64,000 nt of DNA, taken from the NCBI RefSeq assembly GCF_963921235.1, contig NC_086097.1, positions 142,912,001 to 142,976,000 of the forward strand. The letters are read 5' to 3'. This document shows, piece by piece, positions 13,360-27,700 of this stretch (positions are counted from its first letter, which is position 1; every line of letters starts with the position of its first letter). The position numbers and the translations under genes are program-made. The notes beneath the pieces are model-generated. The model was given only the letters and a program-made list of their open reading frames with translations, made no database searches and was not told the DNA's origin. This DNA comes from Mobula hypostoma (taxonomy: Eukaryota).

Positions 13360-16300
13360 GTCTTCCAATCTGATTTGCTGGCTCTATTGCCTCTAAATCA
13401 TACCTCCTCCGGGGCACCTAGGGACGACTCGAGTAGCAGCAGAAGTCTCAATGGATACAATTAAGTATTTTCGTTTCAGCCTGATACAGCTAAAAAGCAC
13501 AGCTGCTTCCAAGGTCAGTACAGTCAACAAAGATGACAGTGCATTTAACGAACTATCACTGCTTGAAGCTGATGGAAGTATTACTGATTGTGGACCGATG
13601 TGTCCTCATAGGATTCCATGGAGGAAGTGTGACTGCAGATCAGGGATACAAGTGTTTTTAAGGAACTGGGGTTTTAAACTCCCAATACCAACTATCTTGC
13701 TGGCAAATGTGAGTCTCTGGTGAATAAAATTGATGATCTCAGAGCTAGGGTGCTGAATCAGAGGGACTTTAGGACTGTGTGACGGGCTTACTATACACAG
13801 TCAGGGTAGATCTACAGAGTCTCTCAAAAGCAGAGGTGGAGGAGTATACTTCAATATCAATTCTTCTTGGTGCACAAATATACCAGTGCTATCCTAATTC
13901 TGCTCACCAGATCTGAAATATCTGGCAGTTAAGTGCCGTCCTTTTTACTTACCGTGGGTTCTCTGGAATCATTTTGGTAGCAGTATACATTCCACCTCAG
14001 GCCAATGTCAATCAGGCTTTAGATGATCTGAGCAATGGGATCAACATGCACGAAACTGCACACCCTAACACCTTCACCATCGTTTTGGAAGATTTTAACC
14101 GGGCTGGTCTGAAACATTCACCAAGCAATTACCATTAACAGATCACTTTCCATACCAGAGGAAACAACACACTGTACTATTGTTACACCACCATCAAGAA
14201 TGCCTACCATGATGTTCCACGCCCTCACTTTGGGAAGTCTGATCACCTGGCTGTACTACTACATCTTGAGTACAGGCAGAGACTGAAGACTGCAGCACCA
14301 GTAGTGAGGACCAAGAAGGTATGGACAAGGGAAATACTGGAGCAACTACAGGACTGCTTTGAATCAGTGGACTGGACTGTATTCAGGGATTCACCTTTGA
14401 ACCTGGATGAGTATGCTGCAGTTGTTACCGACTTCATTAAAACCTGTGTGGTTGAGTGTGTGTTCACAAAGACTTACTGTGCATTCCTGAACCAAAAGCC
14501 GTGGATGAATCAGGAGGTACATCGTCTGCTGAAGGCTAGATCTGTGGCATTCAAGTCTGGCAACCCAGGCTTATACCAGAACACCAGGTATGATTTCCGG
14601 AGAGCTATTTCAAGGACGAAGAGACAATTTTGAATGAGGTTGGAGGTGACTTCGAATGTGCGACAACTCTGGCAGGGTTTGCAAAACATTACTTCCTACA
14701 AAGTGAAACCTAATAGCATGAATGTCAGCAATGCTTCACTACCAGATGAACTCAACACCTTCTTGCCTGTTTTGAAAGGGAGAATATAACTACAGCTGTG
14801 AAGATCCCTGCTGCACCTGATGACTTGTGATCTCTGTGTTAAAGGCCAATGTTAGGCTGTCTTTAAAGAGAGTGAACCCTCGCAAGGTGGAAGGTCCTGA
14901 TGGAGTACCTGGTAAGGCTCTGAAAATCTGTGCCAACCAACTGGCGGGAATATTCATGGACATTTTGAACCTCTCACTACTAAGGTGGAAGTTCTCACTT
15001 GCTTCAAAAAGGCAACAACTATACCAGTGCCTAAGAAGAATAATGTGAGCTGCCTTAATAACTATCGCCTGGTATCACTCACATCTACAGTGATGAAATG
15101 TATTGAGAGGTTGGTCATGACTAGACTGAACTCCTGCCTCAGCAAGGATCTGGACCCATTGCAATTTGCCTATTGCCACGCTAGGTCAACGGCAGTTGCA
15201 ATCTCAGTGGCTCTTCACACGGCCTTAGACCACCTGGACATTACTAAACCTATGTCAGGATGCTGTTCTTCGACTATTGCTCAGCATTTAATACCATCAT
15301 TCCCACAATCCTGATTGAGAAGTTGCAGAACCTGGGCCTCTGTACGTCCGTTTGCAACTGGATTCTCGACTTCCTAACCGGAAGACCACAATCTGTATGG
15401 ATTGGTGTTAACACCTCCTCCTCGCTGACGATCAACACTGGTGCACCTCGGGGGGGTGTGCTTAGCCCACTGCTCTACTCTCTATATACCCATGGCTAGG
15501 CATAGCTCAAATACCATCTATAAATTTGCTGACGATACAACCATTGTTGGTAGAATCTCAGATGGTGACGAGAGGGTGTACAGGAGCAAGATATGCTAAC
15601 TAGTGGAATGGTGTTGCAGCAATAACTTGGCACTCAATGTCAGTAAGACAAAAGAGCTGATTGTGGACTTCAGGAAGGGTAAGACGAAGGAACACATACC
15701 AATTTTCACAGAGGGATCAGAAGTGGAGAGAGTGAGCAATTTCAAGTTCCTGGGTGTCAAGGTCTCTGACGATCTAACCAGGTCCCAACGTATCGATGCA
15801 GTTATAAAGAAAGCAAGACCGTGGCTATACTTCATTAGGAGTATGAAGAGATTTGGTATGTCAACAAATACATTCAAAACCCTCTATCGATGTACCATGG
15901 AGAGCATTCTGACAGGCTGCATCACTGTCTGGTATTGGGGGGGAGGGGGCTACTGCACAGGACCGAAAGCAGCCGCAGAGGGTTGTAAATTTAGTCGGCT
16001 CCATCTTGGGTACTAGCCTACAAAATACCCAGGACATTTTCAAGAAGCGGTGTCTCAGAAAGGCAGTGTCCATTATTAAGGGCCTCCAGCACCCAGGCAT
16101 GCCCTTTTCTCACTGTTACCATCAGGTAGGAAGCACAGAAGCCTGAAGGCACACACTCAGTGTTTCAGGAACAGCTTCTTCCCCTCTGCCATCCGATTCC
16201 TAAATGGACATTGAACTCTTGGATACTACCTCACTTTTAAAATATATATTATTTCTGTTTCTTGCACAATTTTTAATCTATTCAATATACATATACGGTA

Positions 16301-16420
16301 ATTTATTTATTTATTTATTTTAAATTTTTTAATTATGTATTGCATTGAATTGCTGCTGCTAAGTTAACAAATTTCACGACACGTGCTGGTGATAATAAAC
16401 CTGATTCTGATTCTGATTCT
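13360..16420 (+). mobile_element. Near full-length Rex1/Babar LINE (APE + RT), disrupted
   Basis: PTILLANV..LVNKIDDLRAR (APE start), [38 protein letters not shown] and aataaacctgattctgattctgattct tail. Confidence 0.92.
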
Positions 16421-16869
16421 CTGTGCCTGTAACCAGGCTGGGAAATTGGAGGTGAAGAACGTTCCACAGCACCACTGGAACGCTCTTGAGGCTAGGCACA
16501 TTATGGCTTGTGTATCATTGTCTTCATATCTAAAGAACATAGATTATCAGTTCCAAGTTGGCAGAAGTCTTTTCCCTGATGTGAACACTGTACTGGGTTG
16601 TAATATTTCGACCCATAAAGACCAGCAATTTGCTCTTGGGTGACAGTGCGCTTCAGTGATATTACTGAGTACAAAGACTTTGGACATCCCTTACCTGCAT
16701 TTCAATGGACACAGAAAACTGCTCCATGCATAATTGTATCTTGAGTGTGCAGAGCTGGCTAGCATGAAGCTTGTAAAGACCAGAAACGTTGCTCCTGTGG
16801 TTCTATATAAAAAGAGTTGGAGACAGGCTCTCCTACACCCTTTGTGTCTTCACATATCACCAGGTATGG

Positions 16870-19800
16870 TTGCAAGATGGTGCTGGTGAATCACGACCGA
16901 CGCTCTGTTGGCTACGTACAATACTTCTAAATATATTTCTTTTGAATTACTCTCACTGTAGTTTGTAGATTGTAATGTCCCTTTAAGCAACACATTTTAA
17001 ATCAACTTACTGAACTACAGATTTCATGATCTTCAGAAGAACTCGGCAGACTTAGCTGTCAAGTAAGCAGGTACACCACCTTTAAGCATATCAAAGTTCA
17101 TCGCCATGGCCGGAAATGAGGCAGGAGGGAGGACTCCAAGCCGAGCTGAAATGCAGAAGGATGAGGACCCTCTAACCAACGTCTTGTTAGCAAATATGCA
17201 GTTGCCGGAGAACAAAATTGCAGACCTGGAGGCAAAATGAGTATATCAAAGGGAAATGAGAAATTGTGTTCTGTGTCTTATCTCCGAGTATGCCTGTATG
17301 GTGATCAGAACTGAAGGCTTCTTGAGACACAGAATAAGCCGAACTGCTGAGTCAGAAAATGCAAAAGGCAAAAAGGTGTTTCATGATAAACTCTCTATGG
17401 TGCTCTGATGTGATGGATTTGTCAGACTCATGTTCCCCAGACCTTGAACACCTAACAATTAAATGCCAACTGTTCTATTTACCAAGGGAGTTCTCTGTAA
17501 TCCTGACTGCAGTTTACATACAATCAGCAGTTGTCTATAATCAAGCACTTGAGATATTGGTTGATGCCATCACTAAACAAGAAACAGTCCACTTCCATGC
17601 ATTTCACATCACAGTTGAGGAGGGTTTCAGCTCGAAACATGGACTGTACTCTTTTCCACTGATGTTAACTAGTCTGCTGAGTTCCCCCAGTATTTTGTGT
17701 GTGTTGCAGGGATTTCAGTCAAGCTTGCTTGAAGAAATCCCTGCCCAATCACCATCAGCATACAATCTGCAGCACCAGAGGTCCCTACACACTAGACCAC
17801 TGTTATATTAAGATAAGGAATGCTTACTGTTTCATGTCCAGGCTACGGTTTGGGAAATCTGATCACTTGGCTTTCCTTCTACAACCTGCATACAGGGAGA
17901 GGCTAAAGCACAAGGTTCTAGAGATAAGGACAACAAAGAAGTGGTTGTGGGAGGCAGAAGAGTGGTTACGGGATTTTTTGAGTCAGTGAGTGGGCCGTGT
18001 TCAAATACTCAACAGAGGATCTAAATGAATACACCATGGTTGTCACGGACTTTGTAGACGAGTGTGTCCCCACAAAATCATTCAGGTTTTCACCCATCAG
18101 AAGCCCTGGATGAACGATGAGATCTGCAATTTGCTGAGATCCAGATCAGAAGCATTCAAGTCTGGCAACTAAGAAAGTTAAAAGAAGTTCAGGAGTCATC
18201 TCATGGGCAAAGTGGCAATTCCGGACTAAACATGAATCAATGAAGGATGGTCAACAGTTGTGGTAGGGCTTGAACACCATCACCTCATAAATTAAAATCA
18301 AGCGACAGAGGCGACAACAGGGCTTCACTTTAGATGAGCTCAATGCTTTCTGTGCTCGTGTTGACCGTCAAAACAAGGAGGAACCATCATGAACTCCCAC
18401 AGCCCCTAATGATCTTGTGATTTCATTCTCTGAGAATGATGCCCGAGCATACTTCAGGAGGGTGAACCCATGGAAAGCGTCTGGCCCAGACGGGGTACCT
18501 GGCTGAGAACTAAAATCTGTACTGATCTACTCACTGGAGTGTTCACCGAGAGTTTTAACCTCTGGCTTTTGCAGTGTGAGGTACTCACCTGCTTCAAACA
18601 GGCTTCAATTATACCGGTACCTAAGAAGAACATGGTAACCTGCCTCAATTGCCATCATCCAGTAGCACTTACATCTACAGTGATGAAGTGTTTTGAGAGT
18701 TTCGCGATGAAACATATCAACTCTTGCCTGAGAAGTGACTTAGATCCGCTCCATTTTGTCTACCAGCACAAGAGGTGCACAGCGGATGCCATTTAATTGG
18801 TTTTTCACTCAATCCTGGAACATCTGGACAGCAAAGATGCTTACATCAAGATGCTCTTTATTGACTACAGACTGGCATTAAATACTATCATCCCCTCAAA
18901 ACTAATCAATTAGTTTCAAGACCTTGGCCTCAGTACCTCCTTACACAATTGGATCCTTGATTTCCTGACTGGCAGATCCCAGTCAATTCAGATTGGCAAA
19001 ATCATCTCCTCCACAACCTCCATGAGCACAAGTGCACCACAATGCTGTGTGCTTATTCCCCTGCTCTACTCGCTTTACACTTATGACTGTGTGGCTTAGC
19101 AGAGCTCCAATGCCATATTTGCTGACAACACCACTGTTGTAGGCAGAGTCAAAGTTGGAGATGAATCCACACATGGGAAGAAGATTAAAATCTGGCTGAG
19201 TGACGCCACAACAATAAACTCTTTTACTCAATATCAGCAAGACCAAGGAGCTGATTATTGACTTCAGGAGGAGGAAACCAGAGGTCCATGAGCCAGCCCT
19301 CATTGGGGGATCAGAGGTGGAAGTTCAGCAACTTTAAATTTCGTGGTGTTACCTTTTCAGAAGACCTCTCCTGGGTTCAGCGCATAATTGCAATTACATA
19401 GAAAGCACGGCAGTGCTTCTACCTCCTTAGGAGTTTGCAAAGACTTGGCATGATACCTAAAACTTTGACAAGCTTCTATAGATGTGTGGTGGAGAGTATA
19501 TTGATTGGCTGCATCAAAGCCTCATATGGAAAGCCCAATGCCTTTGAACGGAAAATTCTAGAAAACGTAATGGATACAGCACAGTCCATCACAGGTAAAG
19601 CCCTCCCGACCATTGAGCACATCTACATGGAGCGTTGTCACAGGCAAGTAGCATCCATTATCAGTGACCCCCCCCCCCCCATCACCTAAGTCATGCTATC
19701 TTCTCATTACTGCCATGGGAAGGAAGGTACAGGAGCCTCAGGACTCACAACACCAGGTTCAGGAACAGTTATTACCCTTGAACTAAAGGGTCTAACATCA

Positions 19801-20105
19801 CTCAACTTCACTTGTCCCATCACTGAACTGCTCCCACAACCTATGGCCTCACTCTTCATCGTATAATCTTGATATTTATTGCTGACTTTTTAATTTATTT
19901 GTTTATTACTATTTCTTTTTTTCTTTCTTTTTGTATTTGCACAGTTTATTGTCTTTTGCACACTGGTTGTCCACCCTGTCGGTGTGGTTTTATTGATTCT
20001 GTTATGGCTATTGGATTTATTGAATTTGCCTACAAGAAAATGAATCTCAGGGTTGTATAGGTTAACATTTATGTACTTTGATAATAAATTTACTTAGAAT
20101 TTTGA
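16870..20105 (+). mobile_element. Near full-length Rex1/Babar LINE, second subfamily, decayed
   Basis: TLDHCY, FGKSDHLA, TCFKQASIIPVPKK, YRCVVESIL motifs. Tail aataaatttacttagaattttgaa. Confidence 0.88.
17616..17707 (+). mobile_element. Penelope pLTR fragment inserted in Rex1
   Basis: tgaggagggtttcagctcgaaac...ctgctgagttcccccagtattttgtgtgtgttgc interrupts the APE reading frame. Confidence 0.7.
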
Positions 20106-21239
20106 AGTTGACAGGACAAATGCACATATTTCAAAGTACATTTACAACAATCTTTTCATTTACACGTATTTTAGAATTGATCCACATCATCTGGATAGAG
20201 TTGTTATGGAATCTCTCCTCCCAAAGACCTGACCTACAAGATCCTCCATAACTCTGTAGCACCTTCAGCATATGCCATAGTGTATATGCTAGGTATCTCT
20301 CTATGTAAAATGTGCATATCTAGCCTAGTTTGTTCAAGCATCATTTACTCCATGTCTGATCTGATGTCATGTTCTGTGTTTATCAGACTGATTTGATGAC
20401 TTCCCCCACCACTTCTATGCTCTTTGCCAGATAGTGCAAGGAGAAGGAGAAGCCCAAGGAGGGCAAGAGTGAGTAAGAGGAGGAGAATAAAGATGAGGAA
20501 GAAGAGGGTGAGGGTGAGGAGAGTTTGCAGAGTTGATATCTCTTAAAATATTGTAATACAAACTTAGAAAATAGCATGTGTCACTGACTGCAAGGAATTC
20601 CCAACATATATTTAAAAAATAAAATATTCATAGTTTAAAGGAAGAAGATATGGACAATCTCTTGAAGATACGTGCTTTCCCTTTATACCTAATATATATC
20701 ATCAGTTCAGATAGGATTTTGGCCTAACGCAACACCCAAACCCAATAAAAAGGAGGATCCTCTCCTCCAGTCCGGTGAGCCATTGGACCTGGAATCATCT
20801 CCCTTCATTTTGCAAAATAAACTTTTTTCCTTTCAGATAAGGTATGAGATACTTGGAATCATGGAACACTAAAGTGTGTACAAGGGCAGTCAGAGAACTT
20901 TCTATCACAATGGAATACGAGTGTGAGTGGGATAAGTGTGGGAGAGGGAGAGGGTAATGAGGCATCGTGTTTTCTGATATTGCAGCTGAATTTGCTTCAT
21001 TGTTGTATTTGTGTGATAAACTGCAGTGGTAGCGATAATTTTGAAAAATATAATTAAATTTAATACTTTTGGGTACCTTGCTTTCTCTGTTTGTATCATA
21101 ACTGGCCAGTTCTGCTGAGGATTATCCATCTGTTGTATTAACACAATTTTTCTGTCTACTGACACAGATTGATCTACAGGGAATTTTCTACAACTCTGAC
21201 CTACATTTTGGTGCTTTTACATATCCCTTAGTTTTCAAC

Positions 21240-21610
21240 CAGAAGACATAGCAGCAGAATTAGGCTACTTGGCCCATTGAGTCTTCTCCATCATTTTGTC
21301 ATGGCTGATCCATTTTCCTTCTCAGCCCCATTCTTTTACATTCTCCCTATATCTCCTCATACCCCGATTAATCAAGAAATTATCAACCTTTGCCTTAAAT
21401 ATACATAAAGACTTGACTGCAACAGTTGCCTGTGACAACAAATTCCACAGATTCACCACTCTCTGCCTAAATAATTCCTACTCCTCTCTGTTCTAAAAGA
21501 ACACACCTGTATTCTGAGGCTGTCCCCTCTGGTCTTAGACACCCCTGCCATAGGAAATATTCTCTCCATATCCACTTTATTGAAGTCTTTCAATATTCGA
21601 TAGGTTTCAA
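21240..21610 (-). mobile_element. CR1 3' end
   Basis: IETYRILKDFNKVDMERIFPMAGVSKTRG motif followed by a CR1-type tail. Confidence 0.75.
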
Positions 21611-22594
21611 TGATAATATATTGTAACATTAGCAATCCTATATTTATGAGCACTTCAGTATTTTTAGACAAGAACATTCTCAATACAAATAAAGGAAACT
21701 GAAAATTCCAAGATTTATTTTATATTTGGGATACGTGTCTATTATAATGCTTGTATTCTTAAAAAAGAATGAAGGGAGAAAAATAGGATATCAAAGATCA
21801 GTTAGTCTGACATTCATAGTTAGAAAAATGTTGTGTTCCATTATTAAGGATATCATAACCAGTCACTTGAAAAATCATCTATTTGGCAAAGGCATTCAGA
21901 ATTTCTCAGATAAAGAAGCAGAGTGCACACACATGATCTGGAGCACATTCTATCTGAGGCAAGTAGCATTCCTATACTTTAAGAGTCAGCATTCAAATCA
22001 TACCCTGCCTGCTTGCATGAGTCCTGCTTCAAAACTACTGTGGCTACAAGAGCAATTCAGAGTCTGGGTATATGAGCAAATAACTCTTCTGCTGGCCATC
22101 CAAAGCTTTTCTTCTATATATAAAAGTACAAGTCAGGAGAATGATTTAATACTCTCTACTTGTCTAGATGAATCCAACTCCAACAACAATCATGAAGTTG
22201 GATACTAGCCAAGGCAAAGCAGCCCGTTTATCTCAGCGCCTATTTAACAATTTAAACAATGGGCCACATCACACTGGTGGCTACCTGGCAGTTCTGTGGA
22301 GAAATGCCAGCTAACTACAGTGGGGCTAGTGTATTCCTGATTTCCATGTCCTTGCATTACAATGCATCTGATCTCCTGCTTCATTGCTGCTCTCACCACA
22401 AAGTCCAGAGATAGAATTCAGTCCTAATGAGGCAAAAGGCTTGATACATATCATACCGGACCCCCTTAGATTTACTTCAACAATGGCTAGCCTTTGTGGC
22501 ATTAACTCCATTTATTAGAATTCAGTTTCCGGCATGCATTAGAAAGTACAAGTAGATAGTTATTTTTCCACTTTATTTAATCTTGATGTTTAAT

Positions 22595-22960
22595 ATTAAT
22601 TGGAACGATACAGAAATTGCTGGAGAAACTCAGAGGACCAGACAACATTGACGGGGGGAAATGGACAAGTGCTGTGTTGTGTAAAAGCCCTTTGCCAAGA
22701 CTGGAAAGAGAAAGAGGAAACAGCCAGTATGGTAAGGTGTGTGGGGTAGGGAGGAATGAAGTAAAGTGGAAGGGCGATAGGTGGATCCAGATGAGAGGTG
22801 GTTGGTTGGTAGGTGAGTGAGGGGAGAGCGGAAATGATGTAAGAATCATTTCTTATGTTTGTTAATGATCGGTGGAAGTGATAAACGGAAGAAGAATGAA
22901 TTTGTAGGTGAGGACAGTGGACTATAGAATAAAGAGAACGGGAAAATGGATTAGAAAATG
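22595..22960 (-). mobile_element. Penelope-like element 3'/pLTR remnant
   Basis: Same pLTR layout as the 28125 copy (aaattgctggagaaactcag..., pyrimidine-rich body on minus). Confidence 0.55.
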
Positions 22961-24673
22961 AACAACTCAGACTAGTTACAGTACAATTTATACGAAGAGG
23001 GTAAATGCAAATTAAATTCACTTGGCATGAACTCACTCCCATATCAGGCAAAGCATGTGATGGAAGCTGAGAAAATTTACTTTAAGATTGTATTATCAAA
23101 TCTGACAACATTGGAACATATTGATTGAATACAGGAATAAGTTTGGAATTACTCCAACAACATGTCCTCTCAAGCAGTAATCTACTGAACAAAGTCAGCG
23201 GGTCAAGGAGCATTTGTAGGTCTAGTATCCTGATGCTCCAGATTCAAGCATCTGTAGTTTCTTCCTTCTGTGTATGTCCTCTCAAGCCTGCTCCACTAAT
23301 GAATAGTCTCAACTATAGTCTCAGCACCTCTCGTTTGCTTGTTCCCCTCAACCCTCATCTCTTGTATAGTCCAAATATCTAACTCAGCCTTGCATAAATT
23401 CAACGATTTAGTTTCCAAAATTCTCTGGGATGGAAGATTCATGGATCCAGACAGAAGAAATTCCTTCTTATCTCCATCTAAAATCAGTGAACCCTTATTC
23501 TGACATTATGACTCGCAGTTCTAGATTCTCCCATGACAGGAAACTTCAACTTAACACCTATTTTTCAAGCCTCCTTTTCTGGATCTTCAGTAAGATCACC
23601 TCCCATTCTTCTAAACTCCAATGAGTATAATCCCAACCTGGCAAAATAGTGTTTATTGCCTTCATCCCAGGAATCAACCAGGTGGACCTTGTCTATACTG
23701 TGCAATAGATGTGTATCTCTCCTAAAATAAGATCAAGAATGTATACATTCTAAGTATAGTCTTATCAACACATTGCACAAATGTAGCATGACTTTCTAGC
23801 TTTTACCCTCCTCTCCTTTGCAATAAAGACCAACAGTCTTTACTGCCTTCTTAACAATTGGCTGTATCTGCATACCAACTGTGATTCATGCACACACTCA
23901 GATCCTTATGTAGAGTACTATACTCCAGTCTCTTCCCATTTTGCGCATTATTTTTCCCATTCTCCCTTTCAAAGTTGATAAAGCTGTAATATATCCCATA
24001 TGCAGAAAACACACCTTCTCACTAAACCAATATGTTTCTTTTGTAGATTCCTCACACCCTATATGCAACCTCTTTCCTACCTACCTCTGTATGACAGACT
24101 TATTAAGTCACTAAAATAGTTTAGTCCCCAGATCTCATCCTAGAAATAAGAAAACAATTTAGAGAAAGTGATCAAGAAACAGACATAAATGTAGTTTTAA
24201 GGAGTCTTTCGACAATGGGGACATGTAGTATGTTACAATGATTCATGGAATATGAAGGACTGATATTTGACAGATCTGCCACTGACGGTGGATTGAAAGT
24301 CAGTTCTTTCTGTTAATGTTTCAGTGCTTTTAGCACCTGGGCTTTTGTCAAGTCACTGTATATACCTTAGGGAAATGACCACCATTCACCTGGAACACAC
24401 CTTATTTGTCAAGAGTATTAAACGTATTATAAGTTTTAATATTTCATATCACTTATTGCATCTATTGGGGAAATCAGGTTTCCATACACAGCTACTGCAC
24501 TGCCAACTACAACTTTACTTCCATGTTCATACTGCAGGATAGATTTTTCTTTCAATGTTGTAACCACAAGTTCTATTCCCTTTGTGGTCAACAACACGAT
24601 CTTTATACTCATGAAAATGGCTAGGGTGAAATTCCTCACATCTTCACCAACTTAAAAATTTAAAGCTACGTAC

Positions 24674-24839
24674 TGCTGAAGCCATTAATCATGCTGGAGA
24701 CTGCTTTCTTTGCAACGGCATTATACACAACATCTTGAGGCACATCATGAAGAATTTCATCTACTTTGAATAACCAGTTGCAATGTTGATTGTTGGCTAC
24801 CTCTTTACGCTGGTCTGGTCTGGTGTGAATTTTAATCGT
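24674..24839 (-). CDS. KIF9: KIF9 coding exon 2
   Basis: 166 bp, tttgcag/ACG...AGCA/gtacg. Encodes TIKIHTRPDQRKEVANNQHCNWLFKVDEILHDVPQDVVYNAVAKKAVSSMINGFS, resembling the KIF9 NNQ..W.FK.D..LHD..QD.VY segment. Phase 1 fits the next exon. Confidence 0.92.
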
Positions 24840-26156
24840 CTGCAAAGTATGTTAAACAGAAGTTATTTGTCTAAGCTTTGAAAATCAGTTCAAGGTAAAG
24901 TCTACAATAACACAATTGATTTATAAATATACTGAATTCAATTTGGTTCTAATGAAACTTGATGGTTTAACTCTCACTTGTGCTGTGGAAGAATTAAGAT
25001 TGACAGCTATCTTAATTCTGAAGTTTACGAGATCTGCTGGGGTATAAAAGTAATATTTAAACCAATCCGTAAGTGATTTCAAATAGTTTAATCCTGACAT
25101 GAGCTTCAATACACAGTCTTCTTTTTCATACCCAGATAGGAGGCACTTGCAGAAAAGTTGAAAAATTCTTGCATTGTTTTTGATCAAGAACAGAAACTAT
25201 ACATGATAATATCCAATAACTCATCCTTACTTTTTTAAAGTACTGAGATAGGCTAGCACAGCCTGACTGACCTAAACTAAAATGTATCAAAAAAATTTAT
25301 ACAACTTGGTTTAGGCATACTGTTTTTAATATGGATAACACATGACCTCTCTGTCTTTATAGTCTCTTTTGTTATTCAATTGAATCCAAATGTTACTTGA
25401 AGAACAGCATTTGATATTCCAATTCAACATATTTCAGTCATTAGGACACCACAATGTGATTAGAAAATGGTTTTCTAAATCTAACCTCATCTATTCACAG
25501 GCCTGTACAACTCAGGCTGTGCCTCTTTACTCCTTGTGAAACAGACAACATTGGAAAAGTTTCATTTATGTCTGTATTTAGCTATTCTCAGAAGATGGTA
25601 ATTGTTTTCTTTTGCAAATGATGCTCAAGGAAGTCAGCATACAAATAATTAGGAAAGTAAGTGGAAGGTTGGCCTTTATTGCAAGAGAGTGGAGTAAAGG
25701 CAAGTCATTCAACAATTGAATCAACTGTTGGGGAGACATACGTTTAAGGGATATACTTGCACAGGAAGCAGTTGAGGAGATAGAAAATACAAAACAAAAA
25801 GAGAAATTGTTGAAAATAGCCAGTCAACATTCTAATTTTATTCCAGTTTTGTCTAGCTCTGATGAAAGATCAAAGGTGGTGACAGATTGCAGATGATCTT
25901 TCTGGAGGAGATGTAAATAAAGGAACTGAATGAGGGCAGGAGGAACAGATTAAAAGTAACACTGGAAACACATTGCTGAATATCTGAAATGGGAGGGGAA
26001 TGCTGGAAATACCCAGCAGAGCAGCAGCATCTGTAGAGTTAGGACTTTTTTTTTGTCAGAACTCAGAAATTCTCATACATACTGGAAAGGTTAGTTGCCT
26101 GAAATCGTTGAACTCAATATTGAGTGCTGAGGGCACTAATATTCCCTAATTAGAAG

Positions 26157-27300
26157 ATTCAAAGATCAAAGTAAATTTATTATCACAGTACATGAAATCA
26201 TATACAACCCTGAGATTCGTCTTCTTGTGGACATATACAGTAAATCCAAGAAACACAATAGAATCAATGAAAGACTGCATCTAGCAGGGTAGACAACCAA
26301 TGTGCAACGGACAACTGTGCAAATATGAAATAGAAAAAATAATAAATAAATAAGCAATAAATATCAAGAAAATGAGATGAAGAGTACTTGAAAGTGAGTC
26401 CAAAGGTTGTGGGAACAGTTTAGTGATGGGGCGAGTGAACTTATCCCCTCTGGTTTAAGAGTCTGATGGATGAGTGGTAATAACTGTTCCTGAATCTGGT
26501 GGTGTGGGTTCTAAGAACCCTGTATCTTTTTTGTCATGGCAGCAGCGAGTAGAGAGCATGGCCTGGATGGTGGGGGTCCTTGATGATGGATGCTGCTTTC
26601 CTGCGACAGTGCTGTATGTAGATGTGCTTAATGGTGGGGAGGGCTTTACCTGGTGTCATTACGGAGAAAGCGTGGCAGTGCCTCTATGTTCTTAGAAGTT
26701 TGCGAAAATTCAGCATGTCATCTAAAATTTTGACAAACTTCTATAGCTGTGAAATGGTGAGTATATTGACTGGCTGCATCACAGCCTGGTATGGAAACAC
26801 CAATGCCCTTGTACATAAAATCCCTCAAAAAGTAATAGATACAGCCCAGTCCATCATGCTTAAAGCCCTCCCCACTATTGAGGATATCTACATGGAGCAC
26901 TGCTGCCATCAGGAAGAATGTACAGGACCCACATTATTCTAGCAGGTGCAGGAATAATTATTACCCCTTAACAATCAAGCTCTTGAATCAGAGGGGATAA
27001 TTTCACTTGCCCCAATACTGTAGTGTTCCCACAACATATGGACTCACTTATAAGGACTCTTCATCACATATTCCTGATATTTATTGCTTATTTATATTTT
27101 TTTTCTTTTTGTATTTTCACAGTTTGTTGTTTTTTTTTGTACATTGGCTGTTTGTTCATCCTGTTGGATGGAGTCTTTCATTGATTCCATTGTGATTCTT
27201 GTAATTACTGTGATTGCCCTCAAGAAAATGAATCTCAGGGTTGTAGATGGTAACATATACACTAACTACTTTGATAATAAGTTTACTTTAAACTTTGAGT
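26157..27300. mobile_element. Two Rex1-type 3' ends joined head-to-head (26157-26651 minus, 26652-27300 plus)
   Basis: Outward-facing tails tcaaagatcaaagtaaatttatt and aataagtttactttaaactttga. Junction at gggctttacc|tggtgtcatt. Confidence 0.8.
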
Positions 27301-27354
27301 TTATGTTAAATTTAGTTTGAACAGTACAAGAGGCCAGAAAATTAACACCAGTCT

Positions 27355-27700
27355 TTATACCTGTTCCCTTCATATCTTCCCAGGACCCAACACACTTTCC
27401 AAGTAAAGTTTGTATGGGTACCTGCTGCTCATGCTGCGGCCCTGTCTACATTGGTAAAACAAAATGCACATAGATGACCATTTGTGGATCACCTCCATTT
27501 AGTCATCAGGACGACTTTGAGCTTCAAGGTCCCGTCACTTTAATCCTTCAACTCACTCTCATTCTGATCTCTGGTTTTGGTCTCTTGCATTGTTGTAATA
27601 AAGACCAACATTATGTTTGAGATACAGTATCTGATCTTTCGACTTAGCATGTTACAGGCTTTAGGACACAACACTGAATTCAGTAATTTCAGAAAGCCTG
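27355..27700 (+). mobile_element. Penelope GIY-YIG endonuclease remnant
   Basis: Reads ..PGP.HTFQV..CCSCCGPVYIGKTK.., resembling the Penelope C-S-x-C-G-x-x-YIGET motif. Confidence 0.6.

Noticed and set aside
16695..16802. 108-bp AG..GTAAG-bounded open segment on minus within the KIF9 intron
   Set aside because: No kinesin similarity. The flanking exons already join in phase 1 into a complete motor sequence, while this piece was only read as open in phase 0.
20430..20525. GA-rich tract that could encode an acidic peptide
   Set aside because: Low complexity with no splice context or supportable transposase match.
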